Assembly: GCA_964016885.1 (NCBI GenBank)
Contig: OZ024742.1
Location: 44,206,001-44,270,000, forward strand
DNA length: 64,000 nt
Source of the DNA: Eledone cirrhosa
Taxonomy: Eukaryota
Reading direction: 5' to 3'
Positions within the stretch are counted from its first letter, which is position 1. Every line of letters starts with the position of its first letter. A program made the position numbers and the translations under genes. Shown here in pieces: positions 28,209 to 41,060 of the stretch. The notes under the pieces were generated by a model that worked only from the letters and a program-made list of their open reading frames with translations, was not told the DNA's origin and did no database searches.

Positions 28209-28925
28209 ATATTATAATAAAATAACAGGAGGCTGGACTTGTGTAAATCCTTGAAAAGTTTATTATACTATGATCATTTCAATGACCGGGTTCCGTATGA
28301 ATCCGGTGATATCATCAGGTATTCGGAATATAATAAATGAATGTAACAGATAAAATCCATGGGGCTGAAAATCATAGACCCGAGGATGACCGACCATCTA
28401 GCATCTTCCACTTTAGCCGGTCGCCCTCAAGGGCGACCGGTTAAAGTGGAAGATTCATACGGAATCATACGGAACCCGGTCATTGAAATGATCATAGTAT
28501 AATAACCCTTTCAAGGATTTACACAAGTCCAGCCTCCTGTTATTTTATTATAATATTTAACTCCGTACTCGCTCCTATGTAGAGGATTTTTCGGAGTTGG
28601 GGGTATTAACCCTACAACCGTATACTAGGTTCTTCTTAAGGCATTCATTACCAAGGGGACATGATTCGGGGTTTCTGCAGTTGCAGAAGGTGGTCGACCT
28701 CTGCGTACCTAGATTGGGGTTCCCGTTAGGTGTTACATGGTGGTCTTCCTCCAGGCACGGTGGGGGGTCCCCGGGTCTGTTTGGGTTTCTTGGGTGGGCA
28801 CTGGGTCCCCCCTTCCCTCCTTTCACATGGTTCTGATAAGTGCTTGTATTGCCATCTTCGGGTTGTGTGTGGTTTTTAGGCCTACTCCTGTTGATGCTAG
28901 CTATGTGTTGGGCCAGATTTCTATA
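28209..28925 (-). mobile_element. Penelope-like element remnant (Naiad-type) with inverted pLTR
   Basis: NLAQHIASIN..CNCRNPESCPLGNECLKKNLVYGC, then (frameshift) ILYIGASTE = GIY-YIG start; 92-bp inverted repeat 28209-28300/28465-28556. Confidence 0.82.
28265..28322 (-). ncRNA. Type I hammerhead ribozyme (PLE-associated)
   Basis: Minus strand: ATAC-CTGATGA-(stem II ACCGG..CCGGT)-GAAA-TGATCA-TA-GTAT; palindromic stem III ATGATCAT; AUA site. Confidence 0.75.
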
Positions 28926-29102
28926 TATACATAGATATATTTATAAAATTTCAAGTCATCAATAATTTAGTGATAATATATCGTCACGTTAGAGATGAAC
29001 AGCGTACGTGTAGGTTTGCTCAACGAGTATAAATTATATTCCGGAGAAAATGTAGAAAAGATGAATATAAAATGAAAGTGCTTTTATAAAGGAATTTATT
29101 AG

Positions 29103-29222
29103 GTATTGACATATGTTTCTGTAACAGACGGAATACCTATGTATCGCTGCTTGCGTAATCATATAATGTTAGCAAGTATTCGATAGCAAATGTATAATCA
29201 GTTGTCACTTCTTCAGAGATAT
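29103..29222 (-). ncRNA. Hammerhead-like motif with long stem II (stem I degenerate)
   Basis: CTGAAGA-a-GTGACA...TGTTAC-a-GAAA-CATATG-TC; palindromic stem III ACATATGT; GUC site. Confidence 0.55.
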
Positions 29223-29699
29223 TGGATAAATTGGAAAAAAATCAGAAAAATCAAAGTATTTATATTAGTTGTAAGAAAGGAAGAAGAGAAGGGATAGTAT
29301 ATGACAGATGGCAATTCAATTTGCTGGTAAACAAGTATATAGGTTTTTAATGAGAATACAATGAGTATATGGCTTATTTTATCTAAATAAGAATTTTTGG
29401 AAGTGCCTATTTTAATCTATATTTGACCAGTTGAACAATGGACAGGGCTGGTCGTTTGGTGTAGTAGTATTAATACAGATATAAAGTGTCAAGTAAGGAA
29501 GAGAGAGATTTTCACTGCTACTGTATAATAACAATGCTGGTAGCCTGCTGGTATATACATTAGGGAATTGAATTAAGAAATCTCATTTTATCTATAGCAG
29601 TTATATTAAATGGTGAAGAATAGAAGAGTTGATAGAATTAAGAGTAATAGAGAATGTTAATATGTATTTTGACAATCAAACGGAGATGGAGACAAGTGT

Positions 29700-30350
29700 T
29701 CAATCCAGGTAGCGTTTGTAATATGAAAATGTAGATTTCAAGCGATGGTTACAGTATAACTATCGCTCTATTCTGTTATTTAATAAAATATTTTTGGATT
29801 TCATAATACAAAATATTTCCATATTACACAATTTACAAAATTCCTGTCCTTGGAAATATGCAGGGGCATCCACTATTATATCCCATTTTAGGTTAAATTG
29901 TTGGTTATTTTCGCGTAGCTGCCAAGCCTTGTTTGCGAGTGTTGTTACATAACGCTGGTTTTCATGGTTTATCGAGTAACGATGTCTATAAAGGCGAGAT
30001 TTGAAGGGGGTAGCTGTAGACCCCACATAGTACCACTTCTGGCTACCCGATTCGATTGTACATTTGTATATGATGTTGCGTTCAAGACACTGATTGTTCA
30101 ACGGACACATTCCTGGTTGGACACAGTTACAGTTATAATTATGCGTTGTTGTATTGCCATGGATGGGTTGATAAGGTTGCTTAGGCAGGACGGGATGTTG
30201 TTTGTTGTTTTGTGATGGTATAGCCAATGTTTTACATGTATTGTTGTGTGTTGGAAGGCGTTTATACAACCGTTTTGCGTTAAGCTTTTTTATATGTTGT
30301 TCAATATTAGGGGTGGTTGAATATGAAAGTCGAATAGTGTTAGGATTTAA
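29700..30350 (-). pseudogene. PLE RT-linker plus GIY-YIG endonuclease (one premature TAG)
   Basis: LNPNTIRLSYSTTPNIEQHIKKLN..CNCVQPGMCPLNNQCL..IIYKC..YYVGST..FKSRLYRH..TTLANKAWQL..CKLCNME..LLNNRIER*LYCNHR. Confidence 0.88.
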
Positions 30351-30543
30351 GATTTTATCATATTATATTTAAACCCTAACACTATTCGACTTTCATATTC
30401 AACCGCCCCTAATATTGAACAACATATAAAAAAGCTTAACGCAAAACGGTTGTATAAATAGTATAATAAACTAGTTTCAAGCTTATTAGCTATCGTCAGC
30501 AACGTATACCTTCCTGCCAGATGATTGAACATCCGCATGGTAT

Positions 30544-30586
30544 ACGTTGCTGACGATAGCTAATAAGCTTGAAACTAGTACAGCGT
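30544..30586 (+). ncRNA. Minimal type I hammerhead ribozyme
   Basis: ACGTTG-CTGACGA-tAGCTaataAGCTt-GAAA-CTAG-TA-CAGCGT; 6-bp stem I, palindromic stem III ACTAGT, GUA site after 30580. Confidence 0.85.
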
Positions 30587-30972
30587 TCCTTTGTCAGTGT
30601 TGAACAAATGAGCAACAGTGGTTGCTAGACACTACGGCTTAATACGGGATGTTTGTTTACAAACACACCGAGCATTATAATAAATGTTTGGTGAATCCAT
30701 ACGTACATATATATATGTGTGCATGTATGTATATATATATACACACTACGGTACGTCTGTATACATATATGTATGTACGTGTACATACTTATATTTAAGT
30801 AACAGCCGTACTAAGAGTGGGAAATTAAATTTTGTTTCATTTTTTCCGTTTATCGTTTTCGGTGCACCTGGCCGATTAACCCACTCGATATGCAAATTGG
30901 GCTACTCAGCCGTTAATATGCATAAGGATAGTATATACTTTCGGACGTTCAATCATCTGGCAGGAAGGTATT

Positions 30973-31013
30973 CGTTGCTGACGATAGCTAATAAGCTTGA
31001 AACTAGGACAGCG
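30973..31013 (+). ncRNA. Second copy of the hammerhead with a mutated cleavage triplet
   Basis: Identical core but GAAACTAG-GA instead of -TA (T>G at 31007). Confidence 0.7.
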
Positions 31014-31266
31014 TTCCTTTGTCAGTGTTGAACAAATGAGCAACGGTGGTTGCTAGACACTACGGCTTAATACGGGATGTTTGTTTACAAACACACCGAG
31101 CATTATAATAAATGTTCGGTGAATCCATACGTACATATATATATGTGTGTATGTATATATATATATACATACTAGTGTACGTCTGTATACATATATGTAT
31201 GTACGTGTACATACTTAGATATATATATATGTATGTATATATATATGTATATGTATATATATGTTT

Positions 31267-31544
31267 CATCATCATTATCGTTTAACGTCCATCTTCCACG
31301 CTTGCATGGGTTTGGACGGGAGTTTTCCCACTTGAGGCAAGAGTGGATGTCTTGCTTGCATAGGACTGTCTGGCGAGTTTTTTTACGGCTGGATGCCCTT
31401 CCTAACACCAACCACATTTACAGTGTGGGGCTGGGAGGTTTTTACCGTGTTGCCTACACGGCCACATTACAGCGTGGACTGTGTGTTTTTTTGTCGTGAC
31501 ACCTACACAACCTTACTCATCTTCATATCTTTGATTGCCTTACT
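31267..31544 (-). mobile_element. RTE 3'UTR fragment fused to a 27-nt piece of the RTE ORF
   Basis: 3'UTR family match; 31518-31544 is identical to 46384-46410. Confidence 0.75.
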
Positions 31545-31553
31545 TATTATACG

Positions 31554-31554
<1 letters not shown>

Positions 31555-31592
<38 letters not shown>

Positions 31593-32152
31593 TGTATATA
31601 GTTATACTATATATATGTATATATATATATATATATGTATATAGTTATACTATATATATGTATATATATATATATATATGTATATAGTTATACTATATAT
31701 ATGTATGTATGTATATATATATGTATATAGTTATTATACTATATATGTATGTATATATATATATATATATATGTATATAGTTATTATACTATATATGTAT
31801 GTATATATATATATATGTATATAGTTATTATACTATATATATGTATATATATGTGTATATAGTTATTATACTATGTATATGTATATATATATGTATATAG
31901 TTATTATACTATATATATGTATATATATATGTATATAGTTATTATACTATATATATGTATATATATATATGTATATAGTTATTATACTATATATATATAT
32001 ATATATGTATATTGTTATTATACTATATATATATATATGTATATATGTGTATATATATGTATATATGTATATATATGTATATGTATATATATGTATATAT
32101 GTATATATATGTATATATGTATATATATATGTATATATGTATATATATGTAT
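31555..32152. repeat. (TA)n tract with a higher-order TAGTTA(TTA)TACTA unit of about 35-50 bp
   Basis: Direct reading; about 11 units. Confidence 0.9.
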
Positions 32153-32977
32153 AGGGTAAGAACGGGATGGAAGAAGTTTAGGGAACTACTACCACTGCTA
32201 GCTGCAAAAGGCTTCTCCCTCAGAATGAAAGGCAGACTGTATGATGCGTGTATCCGAACAGCGATGTTGCATGGTAGTGAGACCTGGGCGCTGAAGGTGG
32301 AAGACTTACGTAGATTAGAGAGAAACGAAGCCTGCATGCTCCGATGGATGTGTAACAGTAATATACGTGAACGACAAAGCATAAATGAATTGAGAGAGAG
32401 ACTGAGCATAAGAGGAATCAAATGCTGCGTGCAGGAGAGGCGGTTACGCTGGTATGGACATGTGATGCGTATGAAGGATGACAGCTGCATAAAAAGGTGC
32501 AGAGCACTAGAAGTTGATGGAAACCGCGGAGTGGGGAGACCCAAGATGACTTGGGATGAGGTGATAAAAGCCGACCTTACCCAACTACACCTCTCAAAGT
32601 CAATGACACATGACCGTGACTTCTGGCGTCACGCAGTAATACAGGGTACCCGACCTCCCATGGGTACATGCTGAAGCATATAAACAATATGCCCCCCCCC
32701 CACCGCAAGGTGGTCGTGGAGGTGCCACGGCAAAAAAGCACCCAGCCCACACTGTAAAGTGGACGTGTAGGCGCCACGAAAAAGCACCCAGCACTCACTG
32801 TAAATGAGGTTGGTGTTAGGAAGGGCATCCAGCTGTAGAAATCAAGCCAGATCAGTTCCTGTATGAGCAAGGCATGGTCAGCCGACCAGACACTGCCCAC
32901 AACAGGACAACCCGTCTAACCCATGCTAGCGTGGAAGAACGGACGTAAAACGGTGATGATGATGATGATGATGATGA
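32152..32977 (+). mobile_element. 5'-truncated RTE LINE (ORF end, 3'UTR, (GAT)n)
   Basis: [36 protein letters not shown]; near-identical to the reverse complement of 44470-45292. Confidence 0.95.
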
Positions 32978-33031
32978 TATATATGTATATATATGTATAT
33001 ATATGTATATATATATATGTATATATATGTA

Positions 33032-33097
<66 letters not shown>

Positions 33098-33167
33098 TAT
33101 ATACACATATATGTGTATATATGTATATATATGTATATGTATATGTGTATGTATATGTGTATATATG

Positions 33168-33213
<46 letters not shown>

Positions 33214-33277
33214 TATATACACATATATATGTGTATATATGTATATATATGTATGTGTATGTATATGTGTATATATG

Positions 33278-33325
<48 letters not shown>

Positions 33326-34488
33326 TATATACACATATATATGTGTATATATGTATATATATGTATGTGTATGTATATGTGTATATATGTATATATATAT
33401 ATATGTATATGTATATGTATATGTATATATATATGTATATATATATGTATGTATATATATATATGTATATGTATGTATATATATATATGTATATGTATGT
33501 ATATATGTATATGTATATATGTATGTATATATATATATGTATATGTATATATATATGTATATATATATATGTATATATATATATGTATATGTATATATAT
33601 ATGTATATATATATGTATGTATATATATATATGTATATGTATGTATATATATATATGTATATGTATGTATATATGTATATGTATATATGTATGTATATAT
33701 GTATATGTATATATATATGTATATATATATATGTATATATATATGTATATATATATATGTATATATATATATGTATATATATATATGTATATGTATATAT
33801 ATATGTATATATATATATGTATATGTATATATATATGTATGTATATATATATGTATATATATATGTATGTATATATGTATATATATATATGTATATATAT
33901 ATGTATATATATATATGTATATATATATGTATATATATATGTATATGTATATGTATATATATATGTATATGTGTATATATATGTATATATATATGTATAT
34001 GTGTATGTATATGTGTATATATATGTGTATATATATGTATATATATATGTATATATATATATGTATATATATATGTATATATATATGTATATATATATGT
34101 ATATATATATGTATATATATATGTATATATATATGTATTTATATATGTATATATATATGTATATATATATGTATTTATATATGTATATATATATGTATAT
34201 ATATATGTATATATATATGTATATATATATGTATATGTATATATATATGTATATGTGTATATATATATGTATATATATATATGTATATATATATGTATAT
34301 ATATATGTATATATATATATGTATATATATATATGTATATATATATGTATATATATATATGTATATATATATGTATATATATATGTATATATATATATGT
34401 ATATATATATGTATATATATATGTATATATATATGTATATATATATGTATATATATATGTATATATATATGTATGTATATATGTATGT

Positions 34489-34526
<38 letters not shown>

Positions 34527-34609
34527 GTATGTATATGTATATATATATGTATGTATATATATATGTATGTATATATGTATATATATATGTATGTATATAT
34601 ATATGTATG

Positions 34610-34649
<40 letters not shown>

Positions 34650-36453
34650 TATATGTATATATATTATGTATGTATATATATATGTATATGTATATATATG
34701 TATATGTATGTATATGTATATATATGTATATGTATATGTATATATATGTATATGTATATTTTATATATGTATATTTATATGTATATTTATATGTATATTT
34801 ATATGTATATTTATATGTATATTTATATGTATATTTATATGTATATTTATATGTATATATATGTGTATATATGTGTATATATATGTGTATATATGTGTAT
34901 ATATATGTATATATATGTATATATATGTGTATATATGTGTATATATGTGTATATATATGTATATATATATGTATATATATGTATATATATGTATATATAT
35001 ATGTATATATATGTATATATATATGTATATATATGTATATATATATGTATATATATGTATATATATATGTATATATATATGTATATATATGTATATATAT
35101 ATGTATATATATGTATATATATATGTATATATATGTATATATATATGTATATATATGTATATATATGTATATATATATGTATATATATATGTATATATAT
35201 ATGTATATATATATGTATATATATATGTATATATATGTATATATATATGTATATATATATGTATATATATATGTATATATATATGTATATATATATGTAT
35301 ATATATATGTATATATATGTATATGTATATATATATGTATATGTATATATATATGTATATGTATATATATATATGTATATATATATGTATATATATATGT
35401 ATATATATATGTATATATATGTATATATGTATATATATATGTATATGTATATGTATATATATGTATATATGTGTATATATGTATGTATATATGTGTATAT
35501 ATGTATGTATATATGTATATATGTGTATATATAGATGTATATATGTGTATATATATGAATATATATGTATATATATGAATATATATGTATATATATGTAT
35601 ATATATATGTATATATATATGTATATGTATATGTATATGTATATATATATATATATGTATATATGTATATATATATATATATGTATATATGTATATATAT
35701 GTATATGTATATATATATATGTATATATATATATATGTATATATATATATGTATATATATATATATGTATATGTATGTATATATATATATATGTATATGT
35801 ATATATATATGTGTATATATATATATATGTATATGTATATATATGTATATGTATGTATATATGTATATATATATATGTGTATATGTATGTATATATATGT
35901 ATGTATGTATGTATATATGTATGTATGTATATATATGTATATATGTGTGTATATATATGTATATATGTATGTATGTATATATATGTATATATGTGTGTAT
36001 ATATATGTATATGTATATGTATATATATATATGTATATGTATATGTATATATATATATGTATATATGTATATATATATATGTATATATATATATGTATAT
36101 ATGTATATATATATATGTATATATGTATATATATATATGTATATATGTATATATATATATGTATATATGTATATATATATATGTATATATGTATATATGT
36201 ATATGTATATATGTATGTATATATATGTATATATGTATGTATGTATATATATGTATATATATGTGTATATATATATATATGTATATGTATATATATGTAT
36301 ATATGTATATATATGTATATATATATATATACATGTATATATATATATATGTATATATATGTATATATATATATATATATGTATATATATGTATATATAT
36401 ATATATACATGTATATATATGTATATATGTATATATATATATGTATATATATG

Positions 36454-36518
<65 letters not shown>
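32978..36518. repeat. About 3.5-kb (TA)/(TATG) microsatellite
   Basis: Direct reading. Confidence 0.98.
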
Positions 36519-36553
36519 GTAAGAATATTTTCGAAACAGCGAGTGGGTTTGAA

Positions 36554-36787
36554 ATTATTATAAATGTAAGCTATCGCCGTATTTGGACTAAAGCAATTAA
36601 AGAAATTATTTAGTCTGATAGTGGGGTTAAGAACCCTCGGAGAAATGGAAAAAGATGAATATTGACTCCCATGTACGTCAATATTCATCTTTTTCCATTT
36701 CTCCAAGGGTTCTTAACCCCACTATCAGGCTAAATAATTTCTTTAATTGCTTTAGTCCAAATACGGCGATAGCTTACATTTCTAATA

Positions 36788-36789
<2 letters not shown>
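36554..36789. repeat. Long palindrome, 113-bp arms, 10-nt loop
   Basis: 36554-36666 pairs with 36677-36789 with 3 mismatches. Confidence 0.95.
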
Positions 36790-36846
<57 letters not shown>

Positions 36847-36852
<6 letters not shown>

Positions 36853-37240
36853 AGGCCCGCCTTACCTAAGTACAAAGTGAACCTACAGTCAGTCTTAACA
36901 AAAATACACCCCGTCCCACTACCCCCACCCCGTCCACACCACCCCTTTCGATGTAAAATTATGTTGGTACCACAACATCCAGTTTGAAATAAATGAGGTC
37001 GTGTAGGTGTCATGATAAAAAAAACACACTGTCCACACTGTAATGTGGCCGTATAAGTAACACGGTAAAAACCTCCAAGTCCACACTGTAAACGTGGTTG
37101 GTGTTAGGAAGGGCATCCAGCCGTAGAAAACCCGCCAGACAGTCCTATACGAGCAAGACAACCAATCTTGCCTCAAGTGGGAAAATTCCCTTCCAAACCC
37201 ATGCAAGCGTGGAAGATGGACGTTAAAAGATGATGATGAT
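36847..37240 (+). mobile_element. RTE subfamily 3' end
   Basis: Matches the ORF end (EKTRL) plus the 3'UTR with (GAT)n. Confidence 0.85.
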
Positions 37241-37243
37241 ATA

Positions 37244-37284
<41 letters not shown>

Positions 37285-37288
<4 letters not shown>

Positions 37289-37641
37289 TCATCATCATCA
37301 TCATCATCATCATTTCATTTTACGTCCGCTTTTTCCCTGCTTGCAAGGGTGGGACGAGAACTGATTTTGGCTTGATTTCTACTGCTGGATGCCCTTCCTA
37401 AGACCAACCTCATTTACAGTGAGTGTTGGGTGTTTTTTTGCCGTGGCACCTCCACGACCACTTTGCAGTGGAATGATATGGACCCCAGTCCCTATCATCT
37501 CATTTCTACAGCTGAGTAAACTGGAGCAATGTGAAATAAAGTGTCTTGCTCAAGGAAACAACACATCACCCGGTCTGACAATTGAACTCACAACCTTCCG
37601 ATTGCAGGGCCAATGCTCTAACCACTAAGCCATGTGCCTCC
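37285..37641 (-). mobile_element. Same tRNA-derived SINE
   Basis: Reverse complement of the 22644 family. Confidence 0.9.
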
Positions 37642-37661
37642 TTTTATATATATATATAAAA

Positions 37662-38087
37662 AGTGCAGGGCGAAAAAAATAGACGGTAGCCACGGAGTAG
37701 GCAGACCCAGAAAAACCTGGGACGACTTGATAAATTCCGACCTCACACACTTTCACCTCTCCATGACAATGTCACTGGACTGAGATCTTTGGCGCTACAC
37801 AGTTGTACAGAAGACCCGCCTTGCCTAAGTACAAAGCGAAACCTACAGTCAGTAGGCACCTCTTAACAAAAATGCACCCCCTGTCCCACTATCCCCACCC
37901 CATCCACACCACCCCTTTCGATGTAAACTTATGTTGGTACCACAACATCAAGTCCGAAATAAATGAGGTTGTGTAGGTGTAACGACAAAAAACACACAGT
38001 CCACGCTGTAATGTGGCTGTGTAGGTAACACGGTAAAAACCCCCAGTCCACACTGTAAACGTGGTTGGTGTTAGGAAGGGCATCCAG

Positions 38088-38088
<1 letters not shown>
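37662..38088 (+). mobile_element. RTE 3' fragment
   Basis: HGVGRPRKTWDDLINSDLTHFHLS plus 3'UTR. Confidence 0.85.
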
Positions 38089-38148
<60 letters not shown>

Positions 38149-39779
38149 AGATGATGACACAGGGCAGGGATCTCTGGCTCTCTGGCGTTATGCAGTAATA
38201 CAGAAGACCCACGAGCATAGGCTGAAGCATAAATATATATATATAGTATGCAGCACTCCACTCCACATACATCTCGCATGAGAACAGTCTGATACATACA
38301 TCTAGTGAAGCCTCCAGTCCACACTATAAACTGTTCGTGATGGTAACACAGCAAAAACATCCAGCCCACACTGTCAAGTGGTCGTATAGTTGTCATGACA
38401 AAGAGCACCCAGGACTCACCGTAAATGAGGGCACCCACTCACTGTAGTCAGGGCACCCAGCTGTAGAAACCAAGCCAAAATCAGTTCTGTTGTCAGCTAA
38501 CCTGGCATTGCTCTCAACAGGACAACTTGTCTAACCCATGCTTGTGTGGAAAAATGGATGTTAAACATTGATGATATATATATTATAATGTGCTTCTTTG
38601 ATATGTTTGTATGATAAACACTAAATATGCACTAAATTAAGAACTCATATACTTTATATAGTCAATATAGTATTTGTTATTAATGGTGACTATATTTTGT
38701 AGTTTATGTTTAAATTACTTTAATAGAATGACGAGTGGAAAGTATTTCAAGTACCCACATTGAATCTAACATAGATATTCTATATATCCTTTTCCTTAAT
38801 TATAAATATGCTCATCACCTGGTGATAGTAATCAGTTTGCTATCATTACTGGTATTTATAAACCCAGCAATACCTCAATTTTAAATCTATGCAGACCAAC
38901 TCCCAGACCTGAAAAACTTCAAGTATAGATGATTACACAATCACCTGCTAATGAGGACTAGAAACATGGCTGCATGTTCAAGGAAGGGATATATGAGGCA
39001 AGTAAGCGTTAGTCTTATGAGATTCAAGGCAAACTCACTAGTGTTGGCACTATGATAAAATGCACCCTGTACACTCTATAAAATGGTTGGTAATTGAGTG
39101 GAGACAATTTATGGTTGGGAGAGCCCTTGAATCCTGTTGAAGTCAAAAAGATCTCTCCAGGATTGATCCCATGATCAGATGCACCCAGTATGTGCAGTAA
39201 TGTAATTGGTGTTAAGAAAAGCATCAAGCTGTAGACCCATGCCCCCAAAAAAAGGGAATGTACAAACAAGGCATGGTTCTTTGGTTTGGCTAGTCTCAGA
39301 CTGCGATGACATATCCAACCCATGCCAACATGGACAACATGTAAAAGGATGTACTTTTAATGACACTTAATACTCAAATTTACAGTTGTAAAATTAGTTC
39401 TTTGATTAATTTTCTTTGAACTTTAAAAAGAATTCTTCACTATTCATGCAATATTTGTTTTTTATCTATCTATAATAATCAGTAAAAACAAATTATAGAA
39501 CAATAAAATGAAATATATTTTCTGTGCTATGAGAAACTGTCTACCACCCTGGAGATAAACTTGTCTGCTTCCTATCCGTAATTACTGAGGAAAACAATTT
39601 AAAAAAATGTGTGTGTGTGTGCGTGTACATTATTGTTTTTAAGTGATCTGTGTTAATGATATACACCTACTATTGATAATCTTTTTCAAAATTTATATAT
39701 TGGTTTATTTTTACTTCCTCAATTACTCATCCATCATGGGAATATAAAATAAGAGAGTGACCTATCTATTCATTTAAAT

Positions 39780-40140
39780 ACCTATTTATATCTGTGTGTC
39801 TGTTTAGCCATCTATCTTATCTTTCTGTCTGTCTATCCACCCACCCGTTTATCTATCTATTCAACCTTCCAGCCATCTATCTACTCATTCATCCACCCAT
39901 CTCTGCCTGTCTATCCACCCAGCCAATGATCTCCAGGGCATGATTTAATGGGGGGGGGGAGGCAAAAGAGGGCTCTGTCTATCTATCCACCCTTCTATTG
40001 ATCTGTCTATCTATCCACCCATCTATTAATCTCTCTGTGTATCTATCCACCCATCTATTGATTTGACCGTCAATCTATTCATTAATCTATTGATCTATCT
40101 ATCTGTCTGTCTGCCTATCTATCTACTCATCTCTCTATCT
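39780..40140. repeat. Degenerate (CTAT/CCAT/CTGT)n tetranucleotide tract
   Basis: Direct reading. Confidence 0.8.
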
Positions 40141-41060
40141 GTTCATCTGGTGATTGGTCAAACTATCCACACATGAAATATTTTCTAGTCATGAAGAAGA
40201 AACAACAACCCTTTCTGGTGGTGTATTAGCTAATTGAGATACATGTTCAATTATATTTTGAAAGATTCATTTTAGCTATTAAAAAACGCAACTGAATTTA
40301 CTTTATAATCATCATTTATGTCTTAGTGTTGGTGACCAGGTCACAGAATATGATGAAAATTTTGACACCAAGAAAAGAATGTGAAGTGAATTTTATGTTT
40401 GTTTGTGTGTGTGTCTATGTGAGGGTATTTTTATTATTATTATTTTTTTTTAATGGCTAAAATTACTCTTCCACAATGTTTAGTTTCAACACACGTCTCA
40501 GATCAAGTCACTTGCCAAACAAGTACTACTGTGAAATACATGTTCTCCATAAAAGGTCATAAGAGACTTTAATGGAACCTAGCATTTGTTAGTTCTATTT
40601 TACCCTTCATGGCTGAAGTGAATCCACTGATACTCTCTACAACTTACTATTTATTCCCCACACCCTCTTCTTACTTAGAAGAATGTGACATTTCCCCTCC
40701 TCTCGCTATCTCCCTACTTATAAAGACAAATGACAAACTGTCAATCTTCACTATGACTTAGTAATCAGTTTTATGACTACTATAATTAACCCTTTCATTA
40801 GCAAATTGCCTGAAACCCCGGCTCTGGTTTTGTGGAAGAAAACTACCCAATTCAAAAGTTTCCTATGTAAATTAAAATTTCTCAACAATTTTATATAAGA
40901 ACCATGTTAAGTTACTATAATTTAATAATAAATAATTTTAGTAAATCTCTCAAAATTCTTCAGTAATTAATTGAAATAGAGAGTATTTCATTAGAAATAT
41001 AGTAATGAAAGGGTCAATGCTGCTAGAAATCGTTATTGTTGTTGTTCTTCTTATTAATAA

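Larger units (their letters stand above)
28960..30350 (-). mobile_element. 5'-truncated Naiad-type Penelope-like element
   Basis: GIY-YIG ORF, a 3' region with an HHR-like core and AATAAA, and a fold-back at the 5' truncation; left boundary approximate. Confidence 0.85.
30539..31216 (+). repeat. Direct repeat with 428-bp period (pLTR/retrozyme-like), each unit carrying the hammerhead
   Basis: 30539-30790 repeats at 30967-31216. Confidence 0.85.

Noticed and set aside
29757-29765. Selenocysteine recoding in the Naiad ORF
   Set aside because: The internal stop is TAG, not TGA, and is not at a conserved Cys position.
32852-36706. Very long ORFs (up to 1199 aa) of Y/I/M/C/V/H/T
   Set aside because: Translations of (TA)/(TATG) microsatellite, open in all frames; the same applies at 11.8, 43.3, 48.5-51.5, 55.9-57.4 and 62.5 kb.
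38895-39001. Candidate exon (TGCAG acceptor, AA|GTAAGC donor, ATG at 38951)
   Set aside because: Weak polypyrimidine tract, no recognisable peptide and no partner exons; cannot be supported.
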